The position numbers were made by a program, and so were the translations under genes. From Amoebophrya sp. A120 (lineage: Eukaryota > Protista > Dinoflagellata), in NCBI GenBank assembly GCA_905178155.1, contig CAJINV010000012.1:2519407-2583406 (forward strand): a stretch of 64,000 nt of DNA, read 5' to 3'. The notes beneath the pieces were generated by a model. It did not search any database and had not been told where the DNA came from. It saw only the letters and a program-made list of their open reading frames with translations. Of this stretch, positions 48,720 to 60,300 are shown piece after piece; within the stretch, counting starts at the first letter, position 1; every line of letters starts with the position of its first letter.

Positions 48720-48971
48720 TATCAAATGTAAAAATGTCTGGGTCTGCAAGAATTCATGTTTGACATGCTTGTCTGGCATGACTCTTAAATCTGTCATGCA
48801 CATTGCAGAAGAGCTCCGCTTTTCTGTGATGCAGACGCGCAGTTTGTCATGCAGAATAGGCAACACCTAGGAGCTCAGAAACGTGTCATGCTGAGCGAGC
48901 ATTTGTAGCCTCATCATGAGACGCCACCCAGCATCACAAGTTCCCAGACGCAGACATTTTTACTTTTGATA
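48720..48971. mobile_element. Introner, subfamily A1
   Basis: Direct repeat GACCT; host exon not confidently identified. Confidence 0.9.
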
Positions 48972-50402
48972 GACCTTTAGTAGATGCAGCTTCATCGCGA
49001 GAGAGATCACAACTTTAGGTTCATTTACAATAGCGGTATAAAAATTTTGTACTGTATTCCTAAATATTTACAAAACTACAGAATATTTTAGAAGTAGAGT
49101 GCTTTTTGCAAATTCATTATCAGAGTAGAGCTGACGATAATATCATGCTTAGTATAACTAGAAGCCCTGAATAATGCCTGTTAGCAAACCTCGTGGCGAT
49201 AGTGTCGTGACTTTTTACAGAGCGTTCTTTGGTCGGCTAGTTGTATTCTTTCTCTGTATGATTCTGTGCAAGTAAGATGAGACTGCGTTTCTTCATTTGT
49301 GCAGGAAAAATGCAGCTTCGGGTTCGGGATTTTCTTTTTGAGGCGAAAATAACAGTTCGCTATCGCAGCTGCATGCTGGTAGGCATGGGAGCTACAGTCA
49401 ATCATATTTGTATTTCGCCGCTTAAGCTCGGCTCCTAGCGTGGTAAAAAGAAGTCACGGTTTGCAACTAGTCCTGTTTTATTTCTACCTGCAGCTATGGG
49501 AAAGAGGTATCTAGTAACCCATTGTATTGCGTTCCTGCGCCCTGATCATATGTAATTTTTTTCGATACAGTTTGTTCGTTTTGGTGAAACACCACGAGAG
49601 TGAAGATCAACTTGAACTTGCATTTATTGTCAACATCTTCAGCCACAATTATGAGGTTGCTACTTCTGAAACTGGTGTTTTCGTAACTCAGTCGTGGAAA
49701 ATAATGATCCACTCCGACTGGATTACTAGTCTGATCTGCGAAACAAGTCTGATACTCTGCTGTGCAATTGATCTGCTGTAATAAATAGGAGGTCTGATAA
49801 CTGATAAAATAACTGTGACAATTAGTAGTAAATAAAACGATCTGTTAAATAAAGTGTCTGATAGTAAAACAACAATACGAAACTTTTGACAACAAATCTT
49901 GAAACATAAAATTGTCTTTCTTCCAGTCCATACAAAGCATTTTTACTTCGAGACTTCGAATGCGGTAGAATAGCTGTCAACATCGGCCTACAAGCTTATT
50001 CATACACACATCAATATCATTTCCTGTGTGATGGTCCGCAAAATCTAGGTGTGAAAACATTAAATCGGTTTTTCATAGTTAGAGACAGCCGAACTGCTCG
50101 TCTCTACTATTTATTCTGTGTGATTATTCTTGAAACTTGGATGATGTCTGATCCTTTCTTTTTTCCCGAAACTTTTTTCTTCTCCGATCAGAAAACCTGA
50201 GGCGTGTTTTGCGATCATTTCTCCACTTGGCAAGCACTTTCACTTGAAGAGGGGCGGCGCAACTAGAACAAGACACAGCATACGTCTGTATCTGTAATGC
50301 TGTCCTTGCATGACAACGATGTTGGGCTACCTACTTAAGCAACGACATGAATCAGAACCTTGTTGAACCGCATGACAAAATAAATCCGGAAACTGATACC
50401 GT

Positions 50403-51604
50403 TTAATCACAACCGATCTGCTCCTCGATTTCTTGGATGCGGCGCTGCAAGCCCAGGATTTGTTGCTGCACCAGTATGACGCGAAACTTGTGGAAACGAT
50501 CACTTCCTTTGCACATTTATTTCGCACGATAATGAAGACCATCACCATCTTCTCGCTTCTTTCAGCATAATTAAATGGTTGCTTTATCTGTGTGCTCTGG
50601 TAGCCGTAGCCCGTCGCAAGTTGTGGCATGCGTGCAATAAATTTCTGTGCGAAAATAAACTTCAGCATGGGAAATTAGCGTTTGTAAACAATTTCTTTTT
50701 TTCATAAGGGACGTCTTCTCGCCCTTCAGAGTGGTAATCTGCTGCTGCAGTCGGGCGTTGTCCTGGAAATTGGTGATTTTTTCGATAATTCAACAAATTT
50801 CAATTTAATTGTGATGCAACTTCCAGCATGAGAAACGATATTTCTATATGCGTCGTTCTGCATGACAAAGAACAATTGATACCGCGCGCTGCTGGGCGAA
50901 GTGGCGCTTGACCTCATCCTGCATCCGCTGGACATCGGCAACCATTGTCTTCTTCAGATGCTATGCAGCATTAAAAACGATTCAAAGTACTTCTACTACC
51001 ATGCAGCTACTTTCATCTTGCTACGCATGACAGTGAGTACATCTACAATCTGTCATGCGCAAGATGAGCCTTGCATGAGTAAAGCATCGAATCAACCTGT
51101 TCACTTGTGATAACTCCTGCAATTGGGCCTGGTAGTGCTGTTCGATGTTCTGCTTGTCGTTACCTGGAGATCATTTTTTAGGACAAAAGTCATAGATTGA
51201 TTTGTCATGCAAAAACAAGACAATAGATAGCCAGACAGCTTTGTCATGCGAAAGTACCATAAACCGAAAAAAACATCAAACTCTAATCTAGTAAGTACGC
51301 AGAGACTCGATTTCCTGTCGCTGGGCGGCGAGCTCCTCGTTTTGCATGGAAATGAAGTCTTCCAACGAAGCAAGCTTTCCCTTCAAACCCGTCAGTATGC
51401 AGTGCAAAAGTTTATTCGTGCTTGTCGTAGTTTTTGCATTACAAATTTTCTCAGCATGGCAAATGGGATAATTTGTCATGCTGAATGACCTAAGAAACTA
51501 GGTTTGTCATGCATTTTTGCAATTACTACGACAAGTAGAAGTACAACGTTGCTTTTGCAGTGCATAGTCGGCATCATGCTGTTAAAGCTCTCCGCCGTCG
51601 CCAT
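50403..51604 (-). CDS. Small coiled-coil protein (~125 aa), 5 introns at different stages of decay
   Basis: Reconstructed MATAESFNSMMPTGLKGKLASLEDFISMQNEELAAQRQEIESLRNDKQNIEQHYQAQLQELKKTMVADVQRMQDEVKRHFAQQRADNARLQQQITTLKGEKTSLQQQILGLQRRIQEIEEQIGCD*, with continuous heptad character. Confidence 0.75.
50475..50706. other. Decayed introner-type intron
   Basis: TAT...ATA kept, direct repeat lost; element plus 5 nt joins KTSL-QQQI. Confidence 0.65.
50763..50882 (-). other. GT-AG intron with introner remnants
   Basis: GCG|GTATCA...TTCCAG|GAC; contains TGTGATGC and GCATGACA. Confidence 0.7.
50962..51112. other. Decayed introner-type intron
   Basis: TATGCAG...TGTGATA; element plus 5 nt joins QE-LKK. 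Confidence 0.65.
51164..51298 (-). other. GT-AG intron with introner remnants
   Basis: C|GTACTT...CTCCAG|GT joins LR-NDKQ; two TTGTCATGC motifs inside. Confidence 0.6.
51396..51566. mobile_element. Introner, B-like
   Basis: Flanks GTCAG/GTCGG; frame restored (MPT-GLK). Confidence 0.82.
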
Positions 51605-53592
51605 TGGCGAGTTCTTGACCTTCGTTTTGATGTGTGTAGGGGTGTTTGCATCACAGTCTAAAATGGACGCGCTGATTATGCATGACAAAGTGAAAATGTT
51701 GCACGATCTCTACCAATTATGCTGATTATGCATGACAAAATGTCTCACCATGTTAATAACCAAGAACCACAAGTAGAATACCATCGGGCTCATGACAGAC
51801 TGGGCCATTTTTTGGGTTGGTGTTTTTTGCTTCAAAAAAAGATGAAGCAAAGGACTTTGTCTTTAAGTTTTGTCCGACGAAGACAATTGAACTTCGGTTT
51901 GTTCGTTGCTCGTGTAGTTTGTCGTGTAAACACAACCCCCTTCAAGAAAAAATCTCTCAGCTGTGATTTTTCAGTCAGATTTTCGAAAATTCAAGCGAAA
52001 GCAATTTTTATGAATCGGGATGGACAGGAGCTTGCTAGACCAGTGCGTTTTTCTTGAAGTATACAGCGCTATCTCTGACGTACTTCGACGATAATATGTT
52101 GACGAGAGAACGGACGGTTTTGTTTGTGTTAGTGTTCTTGGTGTGTAAAGTAAATGTTCCGAGTGCGTAAAAAAAACCATGCTCATCATGATGCGGAGAA
52201 ATGAGGTTGAGGGTTTGTTCTTTTCGTGTTGGGGGGAAGTGAAAGAAAAAGAATGATTATAGTCGCGGAAAATATATTGTGGTCGGGTTATACTTGTGCT
52301 ATTGATGTTGTGGTTGTGGACGAAATTCTACGTTTTTCTTGGCTCAATTCTCCGAGGATCTAAAGAGCAAACGCGACACATAGTTAACCCCGACGAGACG
52401 AAGATGATCCGCTCTCAAAAAACCAGCTGTTTCTATATTCGAACACGAAGTGAACACGTAGAAGACGCTGTTGCAGTTGACCACCAGACGTCATCTTCAC
52501 CAAATTGAAATTTCTTCACATACAAAGCAATATACGTCGCATGCTGGTGCTAAAATGTAGCTTGCTAATTCTAAAAATGGACCGATGCACGAACAAACTT
52601 TTTTCTAGTGCGACGATTCCATCTGTGCTCTAGAAGTACCTCTACTCCTGCACGTCGACGTCCTAGGCGAGGCATTGCGCCACAACGCTGTCGCAGCTGC
52701 ATAAGCGACTGCGACAATCGACGGTAGTATTTGTCGTGTGTCTGAGCCAGAAATACAAATCTAGCGCTACTGTCTTTCTAGGTACGTCGATCGTGTCTTT
52801 CTTTTGATGATGATCATGCCGAAAAAATGTGCTCCTGCCACCGCACCAAGAACTTCTTCTTTTTCCAAAACGATAATCCGACCATCTAGTGCCCCTTCTG
52901 ATTCTTAGTACTGCGATCCGGCAGGATATCCACGTTGCAGTTACCCTCCTTCCTTTTCCGCATGAAGAGATCCAGATCGGCTGTAAATATTTGTTGTCGG
53001 ATCATGCCTACCAACTATTTTTTGCAACGGCTCTCAAGCATCAGAAACGCAATAAACGACTTACCCTTTCTAGTTTTTGCAAGAGAAACACTTTATGCGG
53101 GTTTTTAAAAACCACACTGATATTACCTCCAAAACAGTTGCACTCCGCGCGGAAATACTGGTAGCGACACCTCGGATCCTCCTCTCCTAGTTCACGGGCG
53201 CAGCGGCAGAATTGCTGTTTTTGTTCTTGATTGCCTCTTCACGCGTAACAACCACAACCACCTGCAAAGAGAGAGAAACGCGATCACATATGACAAGTAA
53301 AAATCCAAAACCGTCACAGTCATGATATACCGAGAACCGGATGAGACAGCTGTTGACGTGGTTTTTCTGCGACATTGTCCGTGGATCATCGCTGTACGGA
53401 AAATAGGCGGTCACGTAGTCCCAACCCGCGGGAGAGCCCTGGTGTTGATTTATTTTTTCCAAGACTTATACAAGAACTTCCTTATGCTTAAGTCCTGTCT
53501 TTCTCCCATGCACACGAATCTCATCGTACTGATCAATCCTACTGCTGCCATGTGGTTCGCAAAATTCTTTACCAGCGCCTTCTCCAGTGAGT

Positions 53593-53898
53593 TATGGATG
53601 TGTCAGGATCGAAATCGACAAAATCGAAAAACTTGTGATGCATAAAATGTAGGGCACTGAAGGCCTGTCTTGGGGAGCATGCAAATGAGACCGATGGCAA
53701 GCCTGTTTAGGGGTATGCAATGTGCTGCCAGAATAGCATGACAGGGGCAGTCTTCTTTGTCTAAACAGCATGACAGACTGGATTTCGGTGCTCCCGAAAT
53801 TTGTGATGCGCCACTTGGAAACTGAGGCTCCAACTGGTATCGATTTTATGCATCACAAATTTTTCGATTTTGTCAATTTCGATTCTGACACTTCCATA
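53593..53898. mobile_element. Introner, family C2
   Basis: Flanks TGAGT/CGAGT; empty site in the duplicate near 54967. Confidence 0.9.
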
Positions 53899-53961
53899 CG
53901 AGTACCCCTTCGGGTAAAACCCCTCGGTGTGTATGGAAGCAAAATGCAGGAGTACTAGGTG

Positions 53962-54213
53962 TATCAAATGTAAAAATGTCTGGGTCTGGAGACTTGTGAT
54001 GCTGGGTGGCGTTTCATGATGAGGCTACAAATGCTGGCTCAACATGACAAGCTTCTGAGCTCCTAGGTGTTGCCTATTCTGCATGACAAACTGCGCTTCT
54101 GCATCACAGAAAAACGGAGCTCTTGGGTAACGTGCATGACAGATTTAAGAGTCTCGCTAGACAAGCATGACAAACATGAATTCTTCCAGACCCAGACATT
54201 TTTGCATTCGATA
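53962..54213. mobile_element. Introner, subfamily A1 (reverse orientation)
   Basis: Flanks AGGTG/AGGAG. Confidence 0.9.
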
Positions 54214-54999
54214 AGGAGTCACAGCGGGTACTATTCGTCGATGACTACTTCTTCGTTCCTAATATGCAAGAAACACATTTCTATTTTTCCACGTTCATAT
54301 GGATCATGCACAATTTTCTTTTTTTTCATCGTCATGATCTTCCTGCCATCGTCGTCCGAGGTTTTGCTGCACATTCCCGACTCGGCTTTTTCGTGTGATA
54401 CGCAGGGGCATCTTTGTTCGCGTCGGGAGTTGGTGTACTACAGCTCCGCCCGTGTCAATTTCAAACAACTAATTGTATTAACTCGTGCGATAAATTATAG
54501 CCAACTGCGATACTCTTGCTCGCTCATGGAAGAAGACGCCTAGAAAAACCTCTCTTACAACTCCGCTAATGGTTGTCGCTCGTATTTTCTCTCCGATGTT
54601 TGTGTTTTAAGTTGGACAAGAAGTATCACAGGGACATGTGCCGTCGTGCTCGTGGAATGGCCGCCAACACACCAGATTGGCGTGGAGTAGAAACACCGAA
54701 GTCATACGGAGAAACTCGAACCGTACACGGAACTACACGAGGACCACTTGCATACCGTTTCTTGGAAGATGAACGGGAGTCTAAATACCGAACACACCAA
54801 CGCGAAGTTAGGACCAGAAGCGATGCCGATGGGTCTGCTGTACTGCAACACACAATTACATCGGGACCACACAGTGTTTTTTCCGTATACAACAAGCTTT
54901 CTGTTAGCATGCAGGCGGTTAAGTTTTCCTTTTCTAAGCCATTCCGACATCCAGCGCCTTCTCCAGCGAGTACCCCTTCGGGTAAAACCCCTCGGTGTG

Positions 55000-55259
55000 T
55001 ATCAAATGCAAAAGTGTCTGGGTCTGGAAGAGTGAAACTTGTAATGCTGTCTGCGGATTCTAAAAATATCTGTGTTGCATGAGCAGCAAGAGGAGTCAGC
55101 TCTTGGCACGCGGAGAGGGCATTTGTCATGCGTAATTAGCATCAAGAAGCTCTCAAAAAATCTGTGATGCTAGCACCAGCATGACAGACCTGACAGGTCA
55201 TGCAAAATGTGCATGACAAGCCCCGACTCTTCCAGACCCAGACATTTTTGCATTTGATA
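55000..55259. mobile_element. Introner, family A (non-A1 interior)
   Basis: TIRs intact; left flank altered by a 30-bp deletion relative to the duplicate. Confidence 0.88.
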
Positions 55260-57042
55260 AGGTATCACAGCGGATAATATTCGTCGATGATTACTTCTGT
55301 CCCCATGCAAGACCACACATTTCCATTATTTCACGTTCTTCAGAAAATTAAAATTATATGCATCATGCATAATATTCTTTTTTGTGATGACGATCATCGT
55401 CATGAAGATCTTCCTGTCGTCGCCATCCGTGGTTTTGCTGCACATCCTCGACTCGCATTTTTGGTGCGATACGCAGGGGCATCTTTGTTCGCGTCGGAAG
55501 TCGGTGTACTACAGCTCCCACATCAATATCAAACAACTACTTCCTCGTGCGATGAATTATAGCCAACTGCGATACTCTTGCTCGCTCAGAGAAGAATATG
55601 CCTAGAAAAATCTCTCCTACAACTCTGCTACTAGTTGTCGCTCGTACTTTCTCTCCGAGTTTTGAAAGTAGAGAAGAACCGCAGGACTATGTGCCGTCGT
55701 GCTCGTGCAATGGCCGCCAACGCCAGGTTGGCGTTGAATAGAAAGACCGAAGTCCTACGGAGAAACCCGAATTATTGGCGGAACTCCTCCGCGAGGACCA
55801 CTTGCATACCTTCGCTGAGACGCGTTCCGATGAAATAGCCAAAAGCGGAATTTCGTGGAATTTTATGTCTCGAGATTTGTTTCAAAAGTCTTTCTCCCTT
55901 CATGCAGGTGGAGCTGACCCACTAAATGAACCTCCGTTATTTTCCCTTTCTCTGTTCTTTATTCATTTTTGCGTGGTTTCCTCTGTGTCGGCGCAAATTC
56001 TATTCCAAGCGGGACCATATTTGGTTGTGAGTCAAAAACCATAACCGAATGCTTTGGGTAGCGGCCAGTCTGGGTCTCATGCAAACATGCAAAAAGCTGA
56101 AAACGTAGCGGCATTAGAAGTTGTATGCGTTGTTTTTGCGAGGATGCGCATCCCCCCGCCATGCAAATAGTGGCGCTGTCTTCTGTTACGCCTCCCTACA
56201 AATTAGCCTCCCTTCAAATTATTCCCTATATTTTCTGAGTGGTTTACTGGATACTCCTATTGCTTTACTATATTTACTTTTCCTCGTTTCCCGAAATTGA
56301 GACGTTGACTGGAAGACTCCCTCTGGGGGCACTGGACTAACCACTGTGACCCCTATGACAAAAGTGATCCTTTATTAAGTTTTGCTATTCCCTGCGAAGC
56401 TTTGGTCTGATCTTGTCGGACATTCAAATACTAAATTTTTACAGTTAGGTTGGTGAGATTCTTGAATTTTTCATTAGATTTTCCCTCAATTCATCATACA
56501 GAAGAACGAAACCAAAACAATAGCAACGCGCTATTTCTTCACTTCAGACAAAATCTTCACTGTTGGTCGCGCAACAACCCCAGAGACAAGATGACCTGCT
56601 CAGAAGTCGTTCATGTCATCCGCCGGCCGCGGCGGCGGCGTCGGCGCGCCGTTGTTGTTCGCCTGGCCGATCTTTTCGATTCTCTGCACCACCGAAGTCC
56701 TACGGAGAAACCCGAATTATTGGCGGAACTCCTCCGCGAGGACCACTTGCATACCGTTTGGAAGATGAGCGGGAGTCTATACACAGAACACAACAACGCA
56801 AAGTTAGCACCAGAAGCGATGCGTGTGCTGTACCTGTACTGCAACGCACAGCTACAACAACGCACTGTGTTTTTTCCGTATGCAAGTTTTCAGTTTTGTG
56901 GTAGCACGCAGGCGGTTCAATTCTTCTTTTCTGAGTCACTCCATCCTCAATCTTACAGCACACACAGTTCTTTTTCAGCAGCAAACCGCCCTTGTTAGGA
57001 ACCGACAGCAGATGGCCAAGACTCTTTAAGATCCTAAGTTCT

Positions 57043-57196
57043 GTATCGCTAATGAAAAAAACAAGTTTAGTTTTGTCGCTAATGAAAAAAAGAAGTTTAA
57101 AAGTTGTCCGAGAAAGATCTTATGTCACAAAAAAATCGTAAAGAAGTATCGCTATCGCTAATGAAAAAAAGAAGTTTAAATAACGAAGAAGTTTAG
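57043..57196 (+). repeat. Three imperfect copies of TCGCTAATGAAAAAAA..AAGTTT
   Basis: Directly visible, intergenic. Confidence 0.75.
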
Positions 57197-57347
57197 TTCG
57201 TCAAGACCATCTCTGGTGTCGATCCAAATCGCCGTGGGCGCATTACGTGCTGGTGTGAAACGTGTCGGAATAGAAAATCTCCAATCGAAAGCGAAAGTGC
57301 TTGTTATATCTAAAACTCAGAGAAAACTGCACTTTACTCCATCTTCC

Positions 57348-60300
57348 TCACTGCGCCCCACTCAAGATGGCCATGGCTTGCTGGACGGCTTCGATCTCTT
57401 GCGTCATGGCTGCCTGCCTCTGGTATCCACAGTAAATTTCCCGCACACGTACAAATGCGGTCTCTGCATGACAAAACTCGGCTTCGATCCTACTTTAGCA
57501 TGACAAGTTTTACGCCCCAGATTGGTGAGCTTTGTGATGCATCTTGTACATGTACCACGGGAGATTTGTATTGCATATCTGGTCGAAGTTTTGCACGACA
57601 AAGTCGCACTCCATGTGCAGGGCCTTCAGCGCCTCCGCCAGTTCCTCGATCTTGGTCAGCGTGGACTTCAGGTCGGCCTTGCACTGGTGCAGGTCCCCCT
57701 CCGACTCGGCCTTGGACTCATATCCTGAGTAAAAATGTCCCCATACCAGAGTCAAGATGGGGATCTCGCAACAGAAATCGAGAAGTCTTGGGGGCCAAGC
57801 ATGGCAAGTTTCTCTCTGTATTGTAGTGCAGTGTAGCAGGTACAGCCGCAACACAAATCCAGCTACTCATCATCTTTCCAGCATTACAAAGTCCAAAACA
57901 CGATAGAAAACGCCTCTCATGGGGATGCGCATTACAAATCTTCCTGCAGCTGCAAATCTGCATGACAGCTATGGGGTGGGGACGTTTTTACTCAGGATAA
58001 CTCAATCGCGGTGTTCAGCTGCGCTTCCTTGTCGGCAAGGTCGTTTATCACACGAAAAAAGTGCTACAGTACACACTTTTGTGGTGAATTCTGCAACACA
58101 ACCATGCCTTTCCAGCACGAGAGAGGCCGTCTGGCTTGCTTGGTCTGCAACACATTATGTAACTGTAACACTTTTTTCGTTGCATATCTTTGGAAGAATC
58201 CGCAATGAACTTGTCGTAGGCGGTCTGGGCCTCCTGCTCTGCCAACTGCGACTTCCCGACGGTCTATGAACTGCAAAAGTATCGTACTCGTATAAATGCA
58301 GGTCTTGCATTACAAATTTCTTTGTCAAGGCAAATCAGCATTACAAATTTTATTTCTCATGCTGAGAAAATTTGCAATGCATTTATACGAGTACGATACT
58401 TTTGCAGTTCATACGGTCTGCTCGCTGTCGATGATGATCTCCTCAATCATGCCCATGATGCCCACGCCTATGCATTGCAAATATGTCTGGGTCTGGAAGA
58501 TACTGAACTTGTAATGCTGTCTCTCGATGCTAAGAAAATTTGCATTGCATCGCCAGCAAGAAGACTCCAGTTTGTGCTACGCGGAGAGGGTATTTCTCAT
58601 GCGGTGGAGGCAGCGCAAAGTCCTCTAGAAATCTGTGACGCTAGGGCATGCATCACAGACATCATGGGTCATTCAAAATATGCATGACGAGCCTGGCAAT
58701 CTTCCAGACCCAGACATTTTTGCAGTTGATAACGCCGTTTTTCTTTTTATATCCGCCAGCTTCCAGGCCAAGCGGGCCCCCGGGCTGCTGCAGGAATTCT
58801 TCGGAGTCCTTGTCGTAGAAAGACTTCAGCTTTTCCTTTGCCTGCTTCAAAATTTTCTGCGTGATCTTCTGGTCGGAGAAGATTTGTTGGTACTCGGCGT
58901 TTTCTTCTTTTCGGTTGTTGGTCGCAGACTGGATGTCAATGTGCAATTCGGAGATTTCCTTCTTGGTGTTGGCAATGTGGAATGCAAAAGTATCGCAGTA
59001 CTGGGAAGTGTAAACTATAGGACCACAAATTATGTCGGCCAGAACGAAGACAGAACTTGTAATGCTGTTGTAGGTCTGGAAAGAGTTTTGTCATGCATGA
59101 CTGCAAGAATTTATCCCGGGTACTTGCGATGCTTTTGCACTGCATACGCAATCGTGGCTTCTAATTCCGCGATCGTGTTTTCCAGCTTCGTCTTCTTTCC
59201 CGTCAAGTCCTCGGCTAAATATTTCATTTGCGTGGTCTCCTTATCGTTGCTGTCAAACCCGGCGAGGCAGTAGTCGCGCTTCTTCACCTCGTCCTTCATT
59301 TTTTGCTTCAGCTCGGTATCCACAGGAAATTTCCCGTACACGTACAAACGCAGTCTCTGCATGACAAACTTACTGGGCTTCGATCCTAGTTTAGCATGAA
59401 AAGTGTTACTTACAACGCTCCAGATTGAAATTGGTGAAACTGATTGTGATGCATCTTGTTCATGTACGGGAGTAAATTTGCATTGCATATTCCGCAACCA
59501 ACTCCGTGATCATCTTTTTCACTTCCTCAAACGCCGCCAGCTGCACCTTCGTGGCCATCAGCGACAGCTCCGGGGCGAGGAAGGCCTTCTGCCGGAGCAA
59601 ACTCGCGGCTTTCTGCTTCATGGAACTGAGCGTGTTTCTGGTTTTGAGCTTCGTTTGCAGGAACAGCGTCGGCTTCAAAGTTTTGTTAAACTGGTCCCGC
59701 GCCTCGTCAGAGGTCAAGATGTCCACAGTGGCTTGCAGCGCCTTCAACTCCTCGGTCTGGGCGGCCGTCCTGGCTTCCAGCTCCTTTTTGTCGGCTGCGG
59801 ATCTTTCGTTGACGTCCTTTAGAAACGCTTTGTCCGCCTCTAACGTGTCCTTGGCCTCCTTCAGCGCCTTTTTGCTGCGCGCCAGCTCCTCCAGACCCCT
59901 CGCGAGCGCCTCTTTGTTCTTGTGCAGCTCCGCCCTTCCCGCGGCGATCTCCTCGCGCTTGGCCCTTCGCAACGACTTATCAAATGCAAATATGTCTGGG
60001 TCTGGAAAAGTGCAACGTTTGTCTTTGTCATGCGCGTTTTGCATGACGCATCAGGTCTGCGAGGCATGCCCTGGCATCACAGATTACTTGAGATCTTTTC
60101 CATGCCTTTTCCGCATAAGAAACTGCCTCTCGGCTTGCTCAAAAGTGGACAGCTTTATTGGTATATCATGCAACACAGATTTTTGCATGATTCAGCTTTA
60201 GCATTACAAGACGCACTCTTCCAGACCCAGACATATTTCCTATGCATACGACTCGAAGGATTGCAAGTTGGACGCCTCGTCGTCCTGGGCCTTTTTTTAT

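Larger units (their letters stand above)
53572..56930. repeat. Degenerate tandem duplication (~53572-54950, ~54951-55810, partial ~56680-56930); possibly pseudogenic
   Basis: Shared blocks CCAGCGCCTTCTCCAG.GAGTACCCC, GATACGCAGGGGCATCTTTGTTCGCGTCGG and GAGGACCACTTGCATACC; stop codons in the likely frame. Confidence 0.75.

Noticed and set aside
51640-51810. Cluster of GCATGACA/GCATCACA motifs upstream of the coiled-coil gene
   Set aside because: Probably a decayed element, but no ends or direct repeat could be defined.
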